From the NCBI GenBank assembly GCA_903884455.1, contig CAISEW010000041.1, forward strand, positions 98,086 to 162,085: a stretch of 64,000 nucleotides of DNA. Direction: 5' to 3'. The stretch comes from an uncultured Chloroflexota bacterium. GTDB lineage: Bacteria; Chloroflexota; Dehalococcoidia; GIF9; AB-539-J10. The translations under genes and the position numbers were made by a program. Below, piece after piece: positions 52,011-63,579 of this stretch (the first letter of the stretch is position 1; the number at the start of each line of letters is the position of its first letter). The notes beneath the pieces were generated by a model. The model was not told the DNA's origin. It saw only the letters and a program-made list of their open reading frames with translations, and made no database searches.

Positions 52011-53606
52011 CTACTTTTTATGCGATTTCTTTTTGGAAACCAAATACGAAGATATAGATTTGTCGACAATGTCACCACTTGATGCGGTAGCAGTGATCCA
52101 ATGTGTCATTTCATCCGAAGGTAGAGCAAGTGAAGAATATAATACCGCACGCCTGTCCCAAGGTCCGAGGACATCTATACTGTCACGAAAGCCTCTGACC
52201 CACGTGGTATCTTGGCGTTTTAATGCAAGAAGAGCTTTTCCCCTGATAGACAGGATATTCTCGTAGTTTAGTGGAAGACTAGCTATGCTAAGGCGTTGGT
52301 TTCGCAATAAGTATGATATCCACAGATTAACGAATGGCATTTTCATATAGTAACTTGAAAGAATAGTATTAAATTTTTTCTTGTGAAGAGACACAATCTC
52401 GTCATCGATAACAGCATTTAAATATATCACCACTTCTCTTATGGCAGGGAGTAATCTCTCAAAATTACCTAACACTAGCGGAACTAATTTCCTTATTCTA
52501 TATTTTTTAGCTTTCCTGAGTATATGCCGAATAAGTATGAAGTCGATGGGATCTGAGATAGACTTCTCAAAAAGCTCGTTGTAGGTATCTGACAAAAGCT
52601 GGATTTTTTCATCATTCACTACCTCTGCCAGAACCTTTTCGTATTCCTCATCATAATCAAAAATATCGTAAGGAGTAGCGTAATGAAGCAGCTCATCGAT
52701 TCTTGCGCTGGCTATTTCATCAGCTCTGGCCATCATAGCTGCAGTCTCTTCTTGTTCTTCGTTTCTGAGGAATTCTTTGCGAAATATCTTCATAGGATGA
52801 ACATTAGTTTTTTCTCCTGAAAATACTAGCCTGTGGTATGAATAGAGATGTTGTGTAAGTTCATGAAGTACGAATACAGCATCTTCGCGATTTGCAAAGA
52901 ATATCCTAATATCGTCTACATACCTAACGAAGTCATTGGTGTAAGTCAAGATTTTGTTATCTATATCGGCCATTATCAATTCAGCGAGGATAATACTTGG
53001 GGCCGGACCCACAGGAATACCTCTCGATGTTTCCTTGTTGAGTCCAAAAAGAAAATCCTCCATTATTTTGGCCTGTTTGTCCAAAGTTCCCTTGCCAGCT
53101 TCTTCAATCAAATTTCCAATACGATGAGTATATATTTGATTATAAAAATCTGTTATATCAGCAACAATTACATAGCCAGATTTGTATTTCTTTGCAAGCT
53201 CATCAGATCTTGACATAAAAACATCCCAACCTGTTTCACTAGCGAAAAATGATCCTCCTACATCAGGCTTGATTCTATACGAACATGCAATTTTTTTGGG
53301 CTCGGGTATTCTATAGCTCTCTATAGGTTCGCATAATTCTCGAACAAGGGCTGTATAGATTATGGAATCAATTGGGTCCAATTGATGTGCTACGCGAAAA
53401 ATGCCATTCGATTTTGGAGCAAGGTTTATTATGGGCGATTTTGGGTGATAGTTATCAAGATCGATTGACATTATGAATTCTTTAACCTTCTGCCAGTTGT
53501 GGGAAATGGCAGCAAACTCGAAGATTCTGGGGTAAAAATCACTGTGAGAGTATTTCTTAAGATGTTTTAGTGCCCATTCAAGATAGTTTTCTTTCAATTT
53601 CACCAT
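52011..53606 (-). CDS. reverse transcriptase, non-group-II (Abi/UG/DRT-like) with helical C-terminal extension
   Basis: RT motifs: block 1-2 (RVAHQLDPIDSIIYTAL), motif A (VIVADITDFYNQI), motif B (GIPVGPAPSIILAEL), motif C (FVRYVDDIRIF). No maturase or endonuclease domain. 531 aa. Confidence 0.8.
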   Translation of the reverse strand: MVKLKENYLEWALKHLKKYSHSDFYPRIFEFAAISHNWQKVKEFIMSIDLDNYHPKSPIINLAPKSNGIFRVAHQLDPIDSIIYTALVRELCEPIESYRIPEPKKIACSYRIKPDVGGSFFASETGWDVFMSRSDELAKKYKSGYVIVADITDFYNQIYTHRIGNLIEEAGKGTLDKQAKIMEDFLFGLNKETSRGIPVGPAPSIILAELIMADIDNKILTYTNDFVRYVDDIRIFFANREDAVFVLHELTQHLYSYHRLVFSGEKTNVHPMKIFRKEFLRNEEQEETAAMMARADEIASARIDELLHYATPYDIFDYDEEYEKVLAEVVNDEKIQLLSDTYNELFEKSISDPIDFILIRHILRKAKKYRIRKLVPLVLGNFERLLPAIREVVIYLNAVIDDEIVSLHKKKFNTILSSYYMKMPFVNLWISYLLRNQRLSIASLPLNYENILSIRGKALLALKRQDTTWVRGFRDSIDVLGPWDRRAVLYSSLALPSDEMTHWITATASSGDIVDKSISSYLVSKKKSHKK

Positions 53607-53926
53607 GATAATTCCTTATATCCTAATAGAGAAATCAACAATGTATTATAAGAAATATTACTACAAATATTGCTTTAACGCAATTGAGCCAAGAAGCTGC
53701 CTAAACCATCCTTCATCAAGTTGAATCACCAATCTCTTTCTTAAGTTAATGAGCAACGTGACGTTTTGTTATGCTCGTGGCGAACGCTGAATCCCTTCTC
53801 AAAAGTTGCTCAATCCTCCGAATATCGCACTTTGGGGACTTCCGTCTTGGACTTAACGAACTCAAAGCGAAGCTAGAGCGTTACAGCCCAATAAGATTAG
53901 TAAATGCAATTCCGATGGACTTAGAG

Positions 53927-55978
<2,052 letters not shown>

Positions 55979-56080
55979 TCAATTATAATATACCATAGCT
56001 AAAACGGGTGTGCAGAGATGTTGCTTATCAAACGCCGATATGAAAAGCAAACTATGGAGGCTACCAGGGAAAGTTTTTGC

Positions 56081-56797
56081 TCACTGGTTTCTCCCGAACG
56101 GGCAGATATAAACGCATATACCGCAAGCCTTGTCCAGAGTCTCTCGTTTACTTAGATAGTTGTCACATGCTTCAGCAGCGAATATCTCGCTCCTTGGTCT
56201 GAGCTTATCGAAAGCCTGTCCGGTAAAGGCATGTGCGGGACAATCCTTCACACATGTACAGCAGTCGTGACACATCTCATCCATAGGCATTCCCGCTTCT
56301 AAAGGAGCATCTGTGAGCACCGTGCCCCACCTCACGCGGGGACCGTGCTCCGGTATAATGAGCAAGGCACTCTTGCCAATCCATCCCAGCCCAGCCAAAT
56401 GAGCTGCTAATTTGTGGGAGAACACACCAGTAAGACTGGTTCTATCCACTGTTTGAGACGACGGGACAACAAAAGCTTGAAAACCGGCTTTATCCAGGGA
56501 TTGGGCTAACATCATAGAAATCGAGTCTATGCGAGGATTTATAATTTGATACACGTAATACCAATAAGTATTTAAGGCAGCAATATTTTTATGATGGACC
56601 AGCGCATTTACAATGCCATCCGTAAGAACAAAGCCATGAGAAACAGCTCGTGGAAACTGAGTTAGAAATTCTCCGCCCTGCTCGGAAATACGCTGTCTGG
56701 CAGGAGTAAGGTCAGCTATTCCGAAGTAAGTGGTCCCCATGTCCTTAGCCAAAGATTCTAGCTTGCCTCTAAGATTTACTTTACCCCTATCTTTCAT
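56081..56797 (-). CDS. 4Fe-4S dicluster protein, epoxyqueuosine reductase (QueG)-like family
   Basis: CHDCCTCVKDCP and CGICVYICP ferredoxin motifs follow a DUF1730-like N-terminal region. 238 aa, shorter than canonical QueG. Confidence 0.4.
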   Translation of the reverse strand: MKDRGKVNLRGKLESLAKDMGTTYFGIADLTPARQRISEQGGEFLTQFPRAVSHGFVLTDGIVNALVHHKNIAALNTYWYYVYQIINPRIDSISMMLAQSLDKAGFQAFVVPSSQTVDRTSLTGVFSHKLAAHLAGLGWIGKSALLIIPEHGPRVRWGTVLTDAPLEAGMPMDEMCHDCCTCVKDCPAHAFTGQAFDKLRPRSEIFAAEACDNYLSKRETLDKACGICVYICPFGRNQ

Positions 56798-56987
56798 AGC
56801 TAATTCCTGTGTGTAAGTATAACACAGTAAAGCTTCCCGACCTCAATTTTATTATCAACTGTTATCAAAATTACTAACGTTGAGGATGGGGTTGTTAAAT
56901 TACCTCCTAACTCTACGATATTTGCTATAATCAAGGCGGATTTACAGAAATGAGATAGAGTACAGACCAGAAAGAGGAGGATAAAAC

Positions 56988-57575
56988 ATGGCTATGAAAC
57001 CAGTTGTAATCAGGTTCTTTGCCCCGGTGATTGATGCCACTGTCAATGCTCTGATGAGTGCCGTTGACCAGAAAATGAAGCAAGGGATAAAAGATTTCAT
57101 CATCCTTATCTCTTCGCCGGGCGGCTCTGTTGATCACGGTTTAAGCGCATATAACTATTTGAAGGGGTTGCCTGCGTCCATAACTACGCACAATTTCGGC
57201 AGCGTGGACTCAATAGGCATCGTCCTGTACTGTGCCGGTTCGAAGAGGCTGTCAGTACCCCAGGCGAGATTCCTATTTCACGGCGTCAGCGCGCAGTTTA
57301 GAGGGGAACAGAATTTAGATGAGAAACTGCTGGAGGAAAGGTTAAAGGGGTTGAGGATTGATATGGAGAACATTGCCAAGGTAATCGCAGCCAATACGGG
57401 TAAAAGTGCCAAAGATGTTACTGATGCCATGCTCGAGAGGATAACTTTGAATCCAGAGGAAGCGCAGTCCTGGGGCCTGGTGCACGAAATCAAGTCAGAG
57501 CTATTTGAAGCCGGAAGCGAGGTAATTGCCATACAGGCTCAACAACAACCACTACCACAACTGCCGAAGCTGTAG
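56988..57575 (+). CDS. ClpP/S14-family serine peptidase-like protein
   Basis: ILISSPGGSV matches the ClpP INSPGGSV motif. 195 aa. The catalytic Ser/His/Asp arrangement was not verified. Confidence 0.45.
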   Translation: MAMKPVVIRFFAPVIDATVNALMSAVDQKMKQGIKDFIILISSPGGSVDHGLSAYNYLKGLPASITTHNFGSVDSIGIVLYCAGSKRLSVPQARFLFHGVSAQFRGEQNLDEKLLEERLKGLRIDMENIAKVIAANTGKSAKDVTDAMLERITLNPEEAQSWGLVHEIKSELFEAGSEVIAIQAQQQPLPQLPKL

Positions 57576-57596
57576 CAGGGTTTTCCGGAGGCTGAG

Positions 57597-59096
57597 ATGA
57601 ATATTAGACAGACCTTGGAAGATACTGCCAGCGAAATCCCACACAAAGAAGCCATTGTTCTTGGTGCTCAGAGGATTACTTATGGGGAACTGGATGAAGC
57701 TTCTAACAGAGTAGCCAATGCCCTCCTGGAGCTGGGGATGGAAAAGGGTACTCATGTGGCTATCTTGATGTCCCATAGCCCTGAGTGGGTCATCAATTAT
57801 TTTGGGGTCATTAAAGGTGGAGGTGTAGCTGTGCTACTCAACACTGCGCTTAAAGCGCCTGAACTTGATTCTTTGTTGCTAGACTCCGACTCGGAAATCC
57901 TGATAACCGAGAAGGAATTTTCTCAAATGATTTCCTCAGTTTTGCCTCACATTCCTTTACTAAAGCACGTAATTGAAGTTGATGCAGATTCTTACACCAG
58001 GATGGTAGCTAACAGCTCTTCCATATCACCGGCTATCGATATAAAAGACGAGGACGAAGCTACTATAATTTACACCTCTGGCGTCCTGGGGAGGCAAAGA
58101 GGGGTGGTACATACACATGCTTCCCTTATGGGAACTCCCCCCATAGTTTCCGCAGCTATACAGCGGAGGAAAAAAGATACCATCATAGACCCTGCTCGTT
58201 TCTCCCATCTTTTTGGCTTATGTGAGGTTCTTCTTGGTTCGTTTATCAAAGGCTCTACCATCGTGCTGATCCCTAATTTCACTCCCAGAGCTGTTCTAGA
58301 GGCCGTGGAAAAAGAGAAAGGAAGTATTATCTTCGGCGTTCCTGCCATGTACAATGCCCTGGCGATGATGCGAGACGAAGTTTTGAGAGAATATAACCTA
58401 AATTCGCTGCGAATAGCAGTTACCGCTGGGGCCAAGTCCTTTCCCAAGCTAATGGAAAATTTGGAGGACAAGTTCGGGTTATCCCTTTATGAGGTATACG
58501 GTCTTACGGAAGTTTCAGCCGTTTCCATAAGCACCTTTAACAGTCGTAAACTGGGGACTGTGGGCAAGCCAATTTGCCGCCTTAAGATACTGGATGACAG
58601 CAGCAAGAAAGTTCCCAGGGGCGAGATAGGGGAAGCTGTGTTCAATGCCCCTTGGGCGATGAAAGGATACTATAAAGCACCTAAACTCACAGCTCAAGTC
58701 CTTAAGGATGGCTGGTTTTATACCGGAGATTTAGTCAGGATGGATGAAGAGGGGTACCTGGAATACATAGAGAAAAAATCGTTCATAATAGTCACGTCTT
58801 CTGGACTTAAGGTTGGTCCGTCAGAAGTTGAATTCGTGCTGCTGAGCCACCCTAGCGTAGCTGAGGCAGTCTATGTAGGTATTGACGATGGCTATGGAGG
58901 ACAGATACCCACGGCCTTTGTGGTACTCAAAGAAGGGCAAAGCGCTACTTCAGAGGAACTAGCCAATCTTTGTTACCACAACCTGGCTGATTTTAAGCTT
59001 CCTAAGAGAATTGAATTTATAGACAGCATACCTAAAACTGCCTCGGGGAAGATAGATAGAAAGAAGCTCAAAGAAAGAGAGCTGACCCAGAACTAG
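57597..59096 (+). CDS. AMP-dependent acyl-CoA synthetase/ligase
   Basis: AMP-binding motif IIYTSGVLGRQRGVV. TGD motif (YTGDLVRMDEEGY). C-terminal GKIDRKKL. 499 aa. Confidence 0.8.
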   Translation: MNIRQTLEDTASEIPHKEAIVLGAQRITYGELDEASNRVANALLELGMEKGTHVAILMSHSPEWVINYFGVIKGGGVAVLLNTALKAPELDSLLLDSDSEILITEKEFSQMISSVLPHIPLLKHVIEVDADSYTRMVANSSSISPAIDIKDEDEATIIYTSGVLGRQRGVVHTHASLMGTPPIVSAAIQRRKKDTIIDPARFSHLFGLCEVLLGSFIKGSTIVLIPNFTPRAVLEAVEKEKGSIIFGVPAMYNALAMMRDEVLREYNLNSLRIAVTAGAKSFPKLMENLEDKFGLSLYEVYGLTEVSAVSISTFNSRKLGTVGKPICRLKILDDSSKKVPRGEIGEAVFNAPWAMKGYYKAPKLTAQVLKDGWFYTGDLVRMDEEGYLEYIEKKSFIIVTSSGLKVGPSEVEFVLLSHPSVAEAVYVGIDDGYGGQIPTAFVVLKEGQSATSEELANLCYHNLADFKLPKRIEFIDSIPKTASGKIDRKKLKERELTQN

Positions 59097-59148
59097 CTGA
59101 AAGAAGTCCACGCAAAGTATCCGAAGTTGTTCAATAACATCCGCTAAT

Positions 59149-59174
59149 GTCATTCTGAGCGTAGCGAAGAATCT
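59149..59174. repeat. Diverged half-copy of the GTCATTGCGAG-family element
   Basis: GTCATTCTGAGCGTAGCGAAGAATCT. Confidence 0.5.
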
Positions 59175-59193
59175 AATCCCACTTATCTTAATG

Positions 59194-59222
59194 TTGACGT
59201 GGTTAACACTTATTGGTAACAT
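59194..59222 (+). promoter_or_regulatory. sigma70-like promoter for the SRP RNA
   Basis: TTGACG, a 17-nt spacer, then TAACAT, ending about 8 nt before the 5' end of the predicted RNA. Confidence 0.5.
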
Positions 59223-59230
59223 CATGAATT

Positions 59231-59502
59231 GAGCCGTGCTAGGCGGGGAACCAGCGGTGCCCTGTACCCGAAAACCGCTATAGCGGGGCTGAATTCCTGC
59301 TTGAGGTTTACGGCCGGCTAGATTTGTTTTTGCTGAGCGGTGTTGATAATCGGGTTCTATGCAACTGGAAACTATGAACCCCGTCAGGTCCGGAAGGAAG
59401 CAGCGGTAAGTAGCATTTCCAGTGTGATATAGAGGTGCCTGGTTGGAGCTAGTTGGTAGAGGCAGCTTCCCGGTTTGGAAATCGAGAGCAGGTGCACGGC
59501 TT
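59231..59502 (+). ncRNA. ffs: signal recognition particle RNA, long (Bacillus/archaeal-type, Alu domain-containing) form
   Basis: Universally conserved domain IV GTCAGGTCCGGAAGGAAGCAGC at 59384-59405. Terminal helix GCCGTGC...GCACGGC closes a ~270-nt molecule. Intergenic with no ORF. Confidence 0.75.
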
Positions 59503-59537
59503 ACAAAAGTTCAGAATAGATAGGAAAAAGTTCATAG

Positions 59538-60338
59538 ATGGATTTCTTAGGGCTTGAAGGTAAAACAGCAATCGTTACTGGAGGTGGCTCCAATATTGGG
59601 AGGGGCATAGTTCTGGCTTTTGCTGAGCAAGGAGTGAACGTGGCTATAGCTGAACTAGATGAAGCTCAAGGGGCTAAAGTAGCTAAGGAAGCCAATGCTC
59701 TGGGCAAGGGCAAAGTTGAGAATATAAGGACGGATGTAACCGACTGGAATTCGGTACAAGCGATGGTGAAGCGAACACTGGATAAGTTTGGTCAGGTAGA
59801 TATACTAGTCAACATTGTTGGTTGGGTCAGGGACGACCTTTTTGTAAAGAAACCCAGAGAGGATTGGGGAAAAGAGATAGCCCGCAATTTTTGGAGCGAT
59901 ATAAACTGCACTAGGGCCGTTTTAGACCACATGATTGAGAGGGAGTACGGAAAAATCATCAACATCAGTTCTGATGCTGCCCGAGTAGGACAATTAAGAG
60001 AAGCTGTTTACAGTGGCTGCAAGGGTGCTGTGATTTCTATGACCAAGTCTCTAGCCAGGGAGCTTGGCCGTTATGGGATAAACATCAATGTGATTTGTCC
60101 AGGTGTTGTTATTCCTGCTAGCAGGGATGTTACTACTTCGGAGAGCATGTGGACGGATGATATGATGAAAATATTTGGCACTCCTGAGGCGCTAGAGAAA
60201 ATAGCTAAGGGTATCCCTCTGGGACGGGTGGGGACACCAGATGATATAGCCAATGCTGTTCTCTTCTTGGCCTCGGACCGAGCTAACTTCATAACTGGAC
60301 AGACTATTAGCGTTGATGGTGGTTACACCATGGCGTAA
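59538..60338 (+). CDS. SDR-family oxidoreductase (3-oxoacyl-ACP reductase-like)
   Basis: TGGGSNIGRG cofactor motif. Catalytic YSGCK. 266 aa. Confidence 0.8.
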   Translation: MDFLGLEGKTAIVTGGGSNIGRGIVLAFAEQGVNVAIAELDEAQGAKVAKEANALGKGKVENIRTDVTDWNSVQAMVKRTLDKFGQVDILVNIVGWVRDDLFVKKPREDWGKEIARNFWSDINCTRAVLDHMIEREYGKIINISSDAARVGQLREAVYSGCKGAVISMTKSLARELGRYGININVICPGVVIPASRDVTTSESMWTDDMMKIFGTPEALEKIAKGIPLGRVGTPDDIANAVLFLASDRANFITGQTISVDGGYTMA

Positions 60339-60379
60339 GAGATTTTAAACAGCCTCAAATAATCAAGGTGGTGATGAAC

Positions 60380-61243
60380 ATGGCAATAAAAAAGGTATGT
60401 GTTATTGGTTCGGGGACTATGGGCAGCGGCATAGCTCAAGTATCGGCACAGGCCGGCTATGAGACAACCATGGTCGACGTAAAACAAGAGTTTCTGGACC
60501 GTGGTATGAACATTATAAAAGCCAGCCTGGGTAAATTTGTGCAAAAAGAAAAAATTAAGCAAGAGGAGATGAATAAAGCTCTGGCCAGACTTCATACCTC
60601 GATTGACATGAAAAATGCCGCTAAAAATGCTGACTATGTTATAGAGGCGGTATTTGAGAGGGCAGAGGTCAAGCTGCCGATATTTGGACAGCTTGAAGAA
60701 ATCTGCCCCAAAGAAACAATTCTGGCTTCTAACACATCCGGAATACCAGTAAGTCTACTGGCATCCGCGACCAGGCGTCCCGATAAGGTTATCGGCACAC
60801 ACTTTATGAACCCCGTACCGCTAATGAAGGGAGTAGAGATAGTAAAAACCTTGCTTACATCAGAGGAAACTCTGAAAGTAAGCCTCGATTTTGTCCAATC
60901 TCTGGGTAAGGAAACAGTCGTAGTTAAGGATTCCCCGGGATTTGTCACCAACAGAATAATAACCTTGGTTATGAACGAAGCCGCCAAGCTATTGGAAGAG
61001 AATTTAGCCAGCATAGAAGACATCGATAAAATAGAGAAGTTATCACACAACTGGCCTATGGGCCCATTTGAGCTGGCCGACCTGGTTGGCATAGACGTTA
61101 TAGTTGACCTCCTGGAAGGGATTTACCAGCAGACTGGATGGGAACGATATAAGCCAGCTCCGTTATTGAAGAGGATGGTCGAGATTGGGTACACGGGAAG
61201 GAAAGTGGGCAAGGGCTTCTATCAATTGTTTGGACAGGGCTGA
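60380..61243 (+). CDS. hbd: 3-hydroxyacyl-CoA / 3-hydroxybutyryl-CoA dehydrogenase
   Basis: VCVIGSGTMGSGIAQV NAD-binding motif. HFMNPVP catalytic His region. About 287 aa from the Met after the AAGGTGG RBS. Confidence 0.8.
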   Translation: MAIKKVCVIGSGTMGSGIAQVSAQAGYETTMVDVKQEFLDRGMNIIKASLGKFVQKEKIKQEEMNKALARLHTSIDMKNAAKNADYVIEAVFERAEVKLPIFGQLEEICPKETILASNTSGIPVSLLASATRRPDKVIGTHFMNPVPLMKGVEIVKTLLTSEETLKVSLDFVQSLGKETVVVKDSPGFVTNRIITLVMNEAAKLLEENLASIEDIDKIEKLSHNWPMGPFELADLVGIDVIVDLLEGIYQQTGWERYKPAPLLKRMVEIGYTGRKVGKGFYQLFGQG

Positions 61244-61248
61244 CACTT

Positions 61249-62106
61249 TTGTACCGGCAATTGCTCCGCAAATCTGGCTTCAAACCGAAGAAACGCTTAG
61301 GACAGCATTTCCTTGTAGATGAAGCTGTATTAGAGCGTATTCTCTCTGCTGCCGAACTTAGCCCCGGGGACATTGTAGTTGAGATAGGTCCGGGCCTCGG
61401 TATACTAACTGAGGGGTTAGCCAGGCGAGGAGCCAAGGTCATTGCTGTTGAGCTTGATGCCAAATTAGTTGCCCTGCTGAAGAAACGACTGGCTGCCTTT
61501 CCTGATGTCAAAATTGTCCATGCCGATATACTTGAAGTTACCCCCGCGCAACTTCTAAAAGATAATTTACCCGCCTCCGAACTTGCCCGGGGTTATAAGG
61601 TTATTGCTAATCTTCCTTATTATATTACTTCACCGATATTGAGCCATTTTCTCGAGGCGCAGCCCCGACCATCGGAGATGGTAGTAATGGTACAGAAGGA
61701 AGTTGGTGAAGCTATTACTGCCGCCCTTGGAAAGATGAGATTGCTCAGTGTTAGGACTCAGTTTTATAGTAAACCTGCTATTATTTCTTATGTGCCGGCG
61801 GCGAGTTTCTATCCCCCGCCCAAGGTGGATTCGGTTATCTTGCGCCTGGATGTTTACTCCCAGCCGCCTATCGAGGTATCCGATGTCGCTGGTTTTTTTG
61901 ATATAGTTATGCATGGTTTCAGCGCTCCTCGTAAGCAGCTTCGCAATTCCCTGGCGCACTCTTTAGAGATGCCGCCCAGCCAGGTGGCTTCACTACTGGA
62001 AAAGGCTGGCATAGAAGCTAAACGGCGGGCGGAAACCCTGAGCTTGGAGGAATGGAGGGAGCTCTGGAAAATCTTTGCTCCCTTTGCAAAAAGCTTGCAA
62101 TGTTGA
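61249..62106 (+). CDS. rsmA: 16S rRNA (adenine1518/1519-N6)-dimethyltransferase
   Basis: LGQHFLVD...VVEIGPGLGILT KsgA motifs. 285 aa. Confidence 0.85.
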   Translation: MYRQLLRKSGFKPKKRLGQHFLVDEAVLERILSAAELSPGDIVVEIGPGLGILTEGLARRGAKVIAVELDAKLVALLKKRLAAFPDVKIVHADILEVTPAQLLKDNLPASELARGYKVIANLPYYITSPILSHFLEAQPRPSEMVVMVQKEVGEAITAALGKMRLLSVRTQFYSKPAIISYVPAASFYPPPKVDSVILRLDVYSQPPIEVSDVAGFFDIVMHGFSAPRKQLRNSLAHSLEMPPSQVASLLEKAGIEAKRRAETLSLEEWRELWKIFAPFAKSLQC

Positions 62107-62966
62107 CTGTTTATGCCCCGGCTAAAATAAACCTTGTCCTCGAAGTACTGGGCAAGCATAATGATTATCACCGAATCTCCACTATTGTTCAGGCCATAGA
62201 CTTATGTGACGTCCTCAATTTTCAGCCAGACGAGGCAATATCCTTTGAATGTGCTGAGCCCAGCTTAAAGCATGATAACCTGGTAACACGGGCAGCCACT
62301 CTGCTTAAGCAAAGCACAAAATTTAGTCGGGGGGCACGAATCGAGCTTCGCAAGCATATACCCTGGAGTGTGGGATTGGGAGGTGGCAGCAGCGACGCTG
62401 CTGCCACCCTCTTAGCTCTAAATGAGCTCTGGGGATTGGGATTGTCGCTTTCGGAGCTGGTTCATTTAGCCTCCAAGCTGGGCTCGGATGTTCCCTTCTT
62501 TATCCACAAAGGCACGGCTTTGATAGAGGGAAAGGGAGAAAAGGTCACCCCCTTACCATCCCTGCCTGCAACTTGCTTTGTGTTACTGGTGCCGCCACTA
62601 CCTAAAATCCCGAGCAAAACAAAGCAGATGTATGGTAGATTGGATACTACTCATTTCACCGGAGGCCAGTTTGTTCAACAGGCCCTGTCATCTTTGAGGC
62701 AGGGGAAAGCGATTGACCATAGTCTTATGTTCAATGTCTTCGAAAAGGTAGCCTTTGATTTCTTCCCCGGGCTGGACAAATATCGGAAGACTCTGGAAGA
62801 AGCCGGAGCCCCAGGAGTTTATCTCGCGGGCTCCGGGCCAGGTCTTTTTACTTTTTTCTCAGAGAAGGAAAAAGCCGGTGAGCTGTTTTCACGCCTTAAA
62901 AAGCACAGATTGGAGTGCTACCTGGCATTTTCTTTTCCACATACAAACGTAGCTGCGGGTCTTTAA
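62100..62966 (+). CDS. ispE: 4-diphosphocytidyl-2-C-methyl-D-erythritol kinase
   Basis: MLTVYAPAKINLVLEV N-terminus. GHMP motif SVGLGGGSSDAAA. Start taken at the internal Met; the longest ORF begins at 62052 inside rsmA. Confidence 0.8.
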   Translation: MLTVYAPAKINLVLEVLGKHNDYHRISTIVQAIDLCDVLNFQPDEAISFECAEPSLKHDNLVTRAATLLKQSTKFSRGARIELRKHIPWSVGLGGGSSDAAATLLALNELWGLGLSLSELVHLASKLGSDVPFFIHKGTALIEGKGEKVTPLPSLPATCFVLLVPPLPKIPSKTKQMYGRLDTTHFTGGQFVQQALSSLRQGKAIDHSLMFNVFEKVAFDFFPGLDKYRKTLEEAGAPGVYLAGSGPGLFTFFSEKEKAGELFSRLKKHRLECYLAFSFPHTNVAAGL

Positions 62967-62988
62967 ACTTGCTGGGACAGGTAATTTA

Positions 62989-63579
62989 ATGGCAATGGAA
63001 AAACTGAAGCAAAAGAGATGGCTTGAATTAGCGCTTTACGTTGCCATCCTCGTTGGTCTCAGTTTCGGCCTTACCTATTTGCTTCGATACTTAATGGCTT
63101 ATTTCAATATCCCGATAGACAGATTTGCCCCCACAGCTTACTTAGTTGTCTTCGTAATCACCCTGTTATCTAACGCGGGCATCTTTGTTCCGGTATACAT
63201 CCATATTTCCATAATGATGACAGTAGCGCAGTACTGGAATCCTGTTCTTGTAGCTTTGACAGCCAGCGTAGCTGGTACCCTGGGGGAAATGAGTGGTTAT
63301 TATGCCGGCTACTTGGGAAAGAGAATCGTACACCTTGAGAACGTACCGGGATATGACAGGCTTGCAGGCTGGATGAAGCGATATGGCCCGTGGGGCATTT
63401 TACTCATCTCTCTTCAACCTATATTGCCATTTGACATAGCTGGACTCCTGGCGGGAGCCTCTAAACTACCGGTGTGGAAGTTTCTCTTGCCTTGCTGGGC
63501 AGGGAGATTTCCCAAGTATCTTTTGGCCTGCTACCTCGGCGAGGCGTTTTTGCGTCTTTTTCCCTTTCCACCCCTATGA
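62989..63579 (+). CDS. hypothetical polytopic membrane protein (DedA/VTT-like?)
   Basis: 196 aa with 4-5 TM helices. Weak resemblance to DedA-family glycine motifs. Confidence 0.3.
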   Translation: MAMEKLKQKRWLELALYVAILVGLSFGLTYLLRYLMAYFNIPIDRFAPTAYLVVFVITLLSNAGIFVPVYIHISIMMTVAQYWNPVLVALTASVAGTLGEMSGYYAGYLGKRIVHLENVPGYDRLAGWMKRYGPWGILLISLQPILPFDIAGLLAGASKLPVWKFLLPCWAGRFPKYLLACYLGEAFLRLFPFPPL

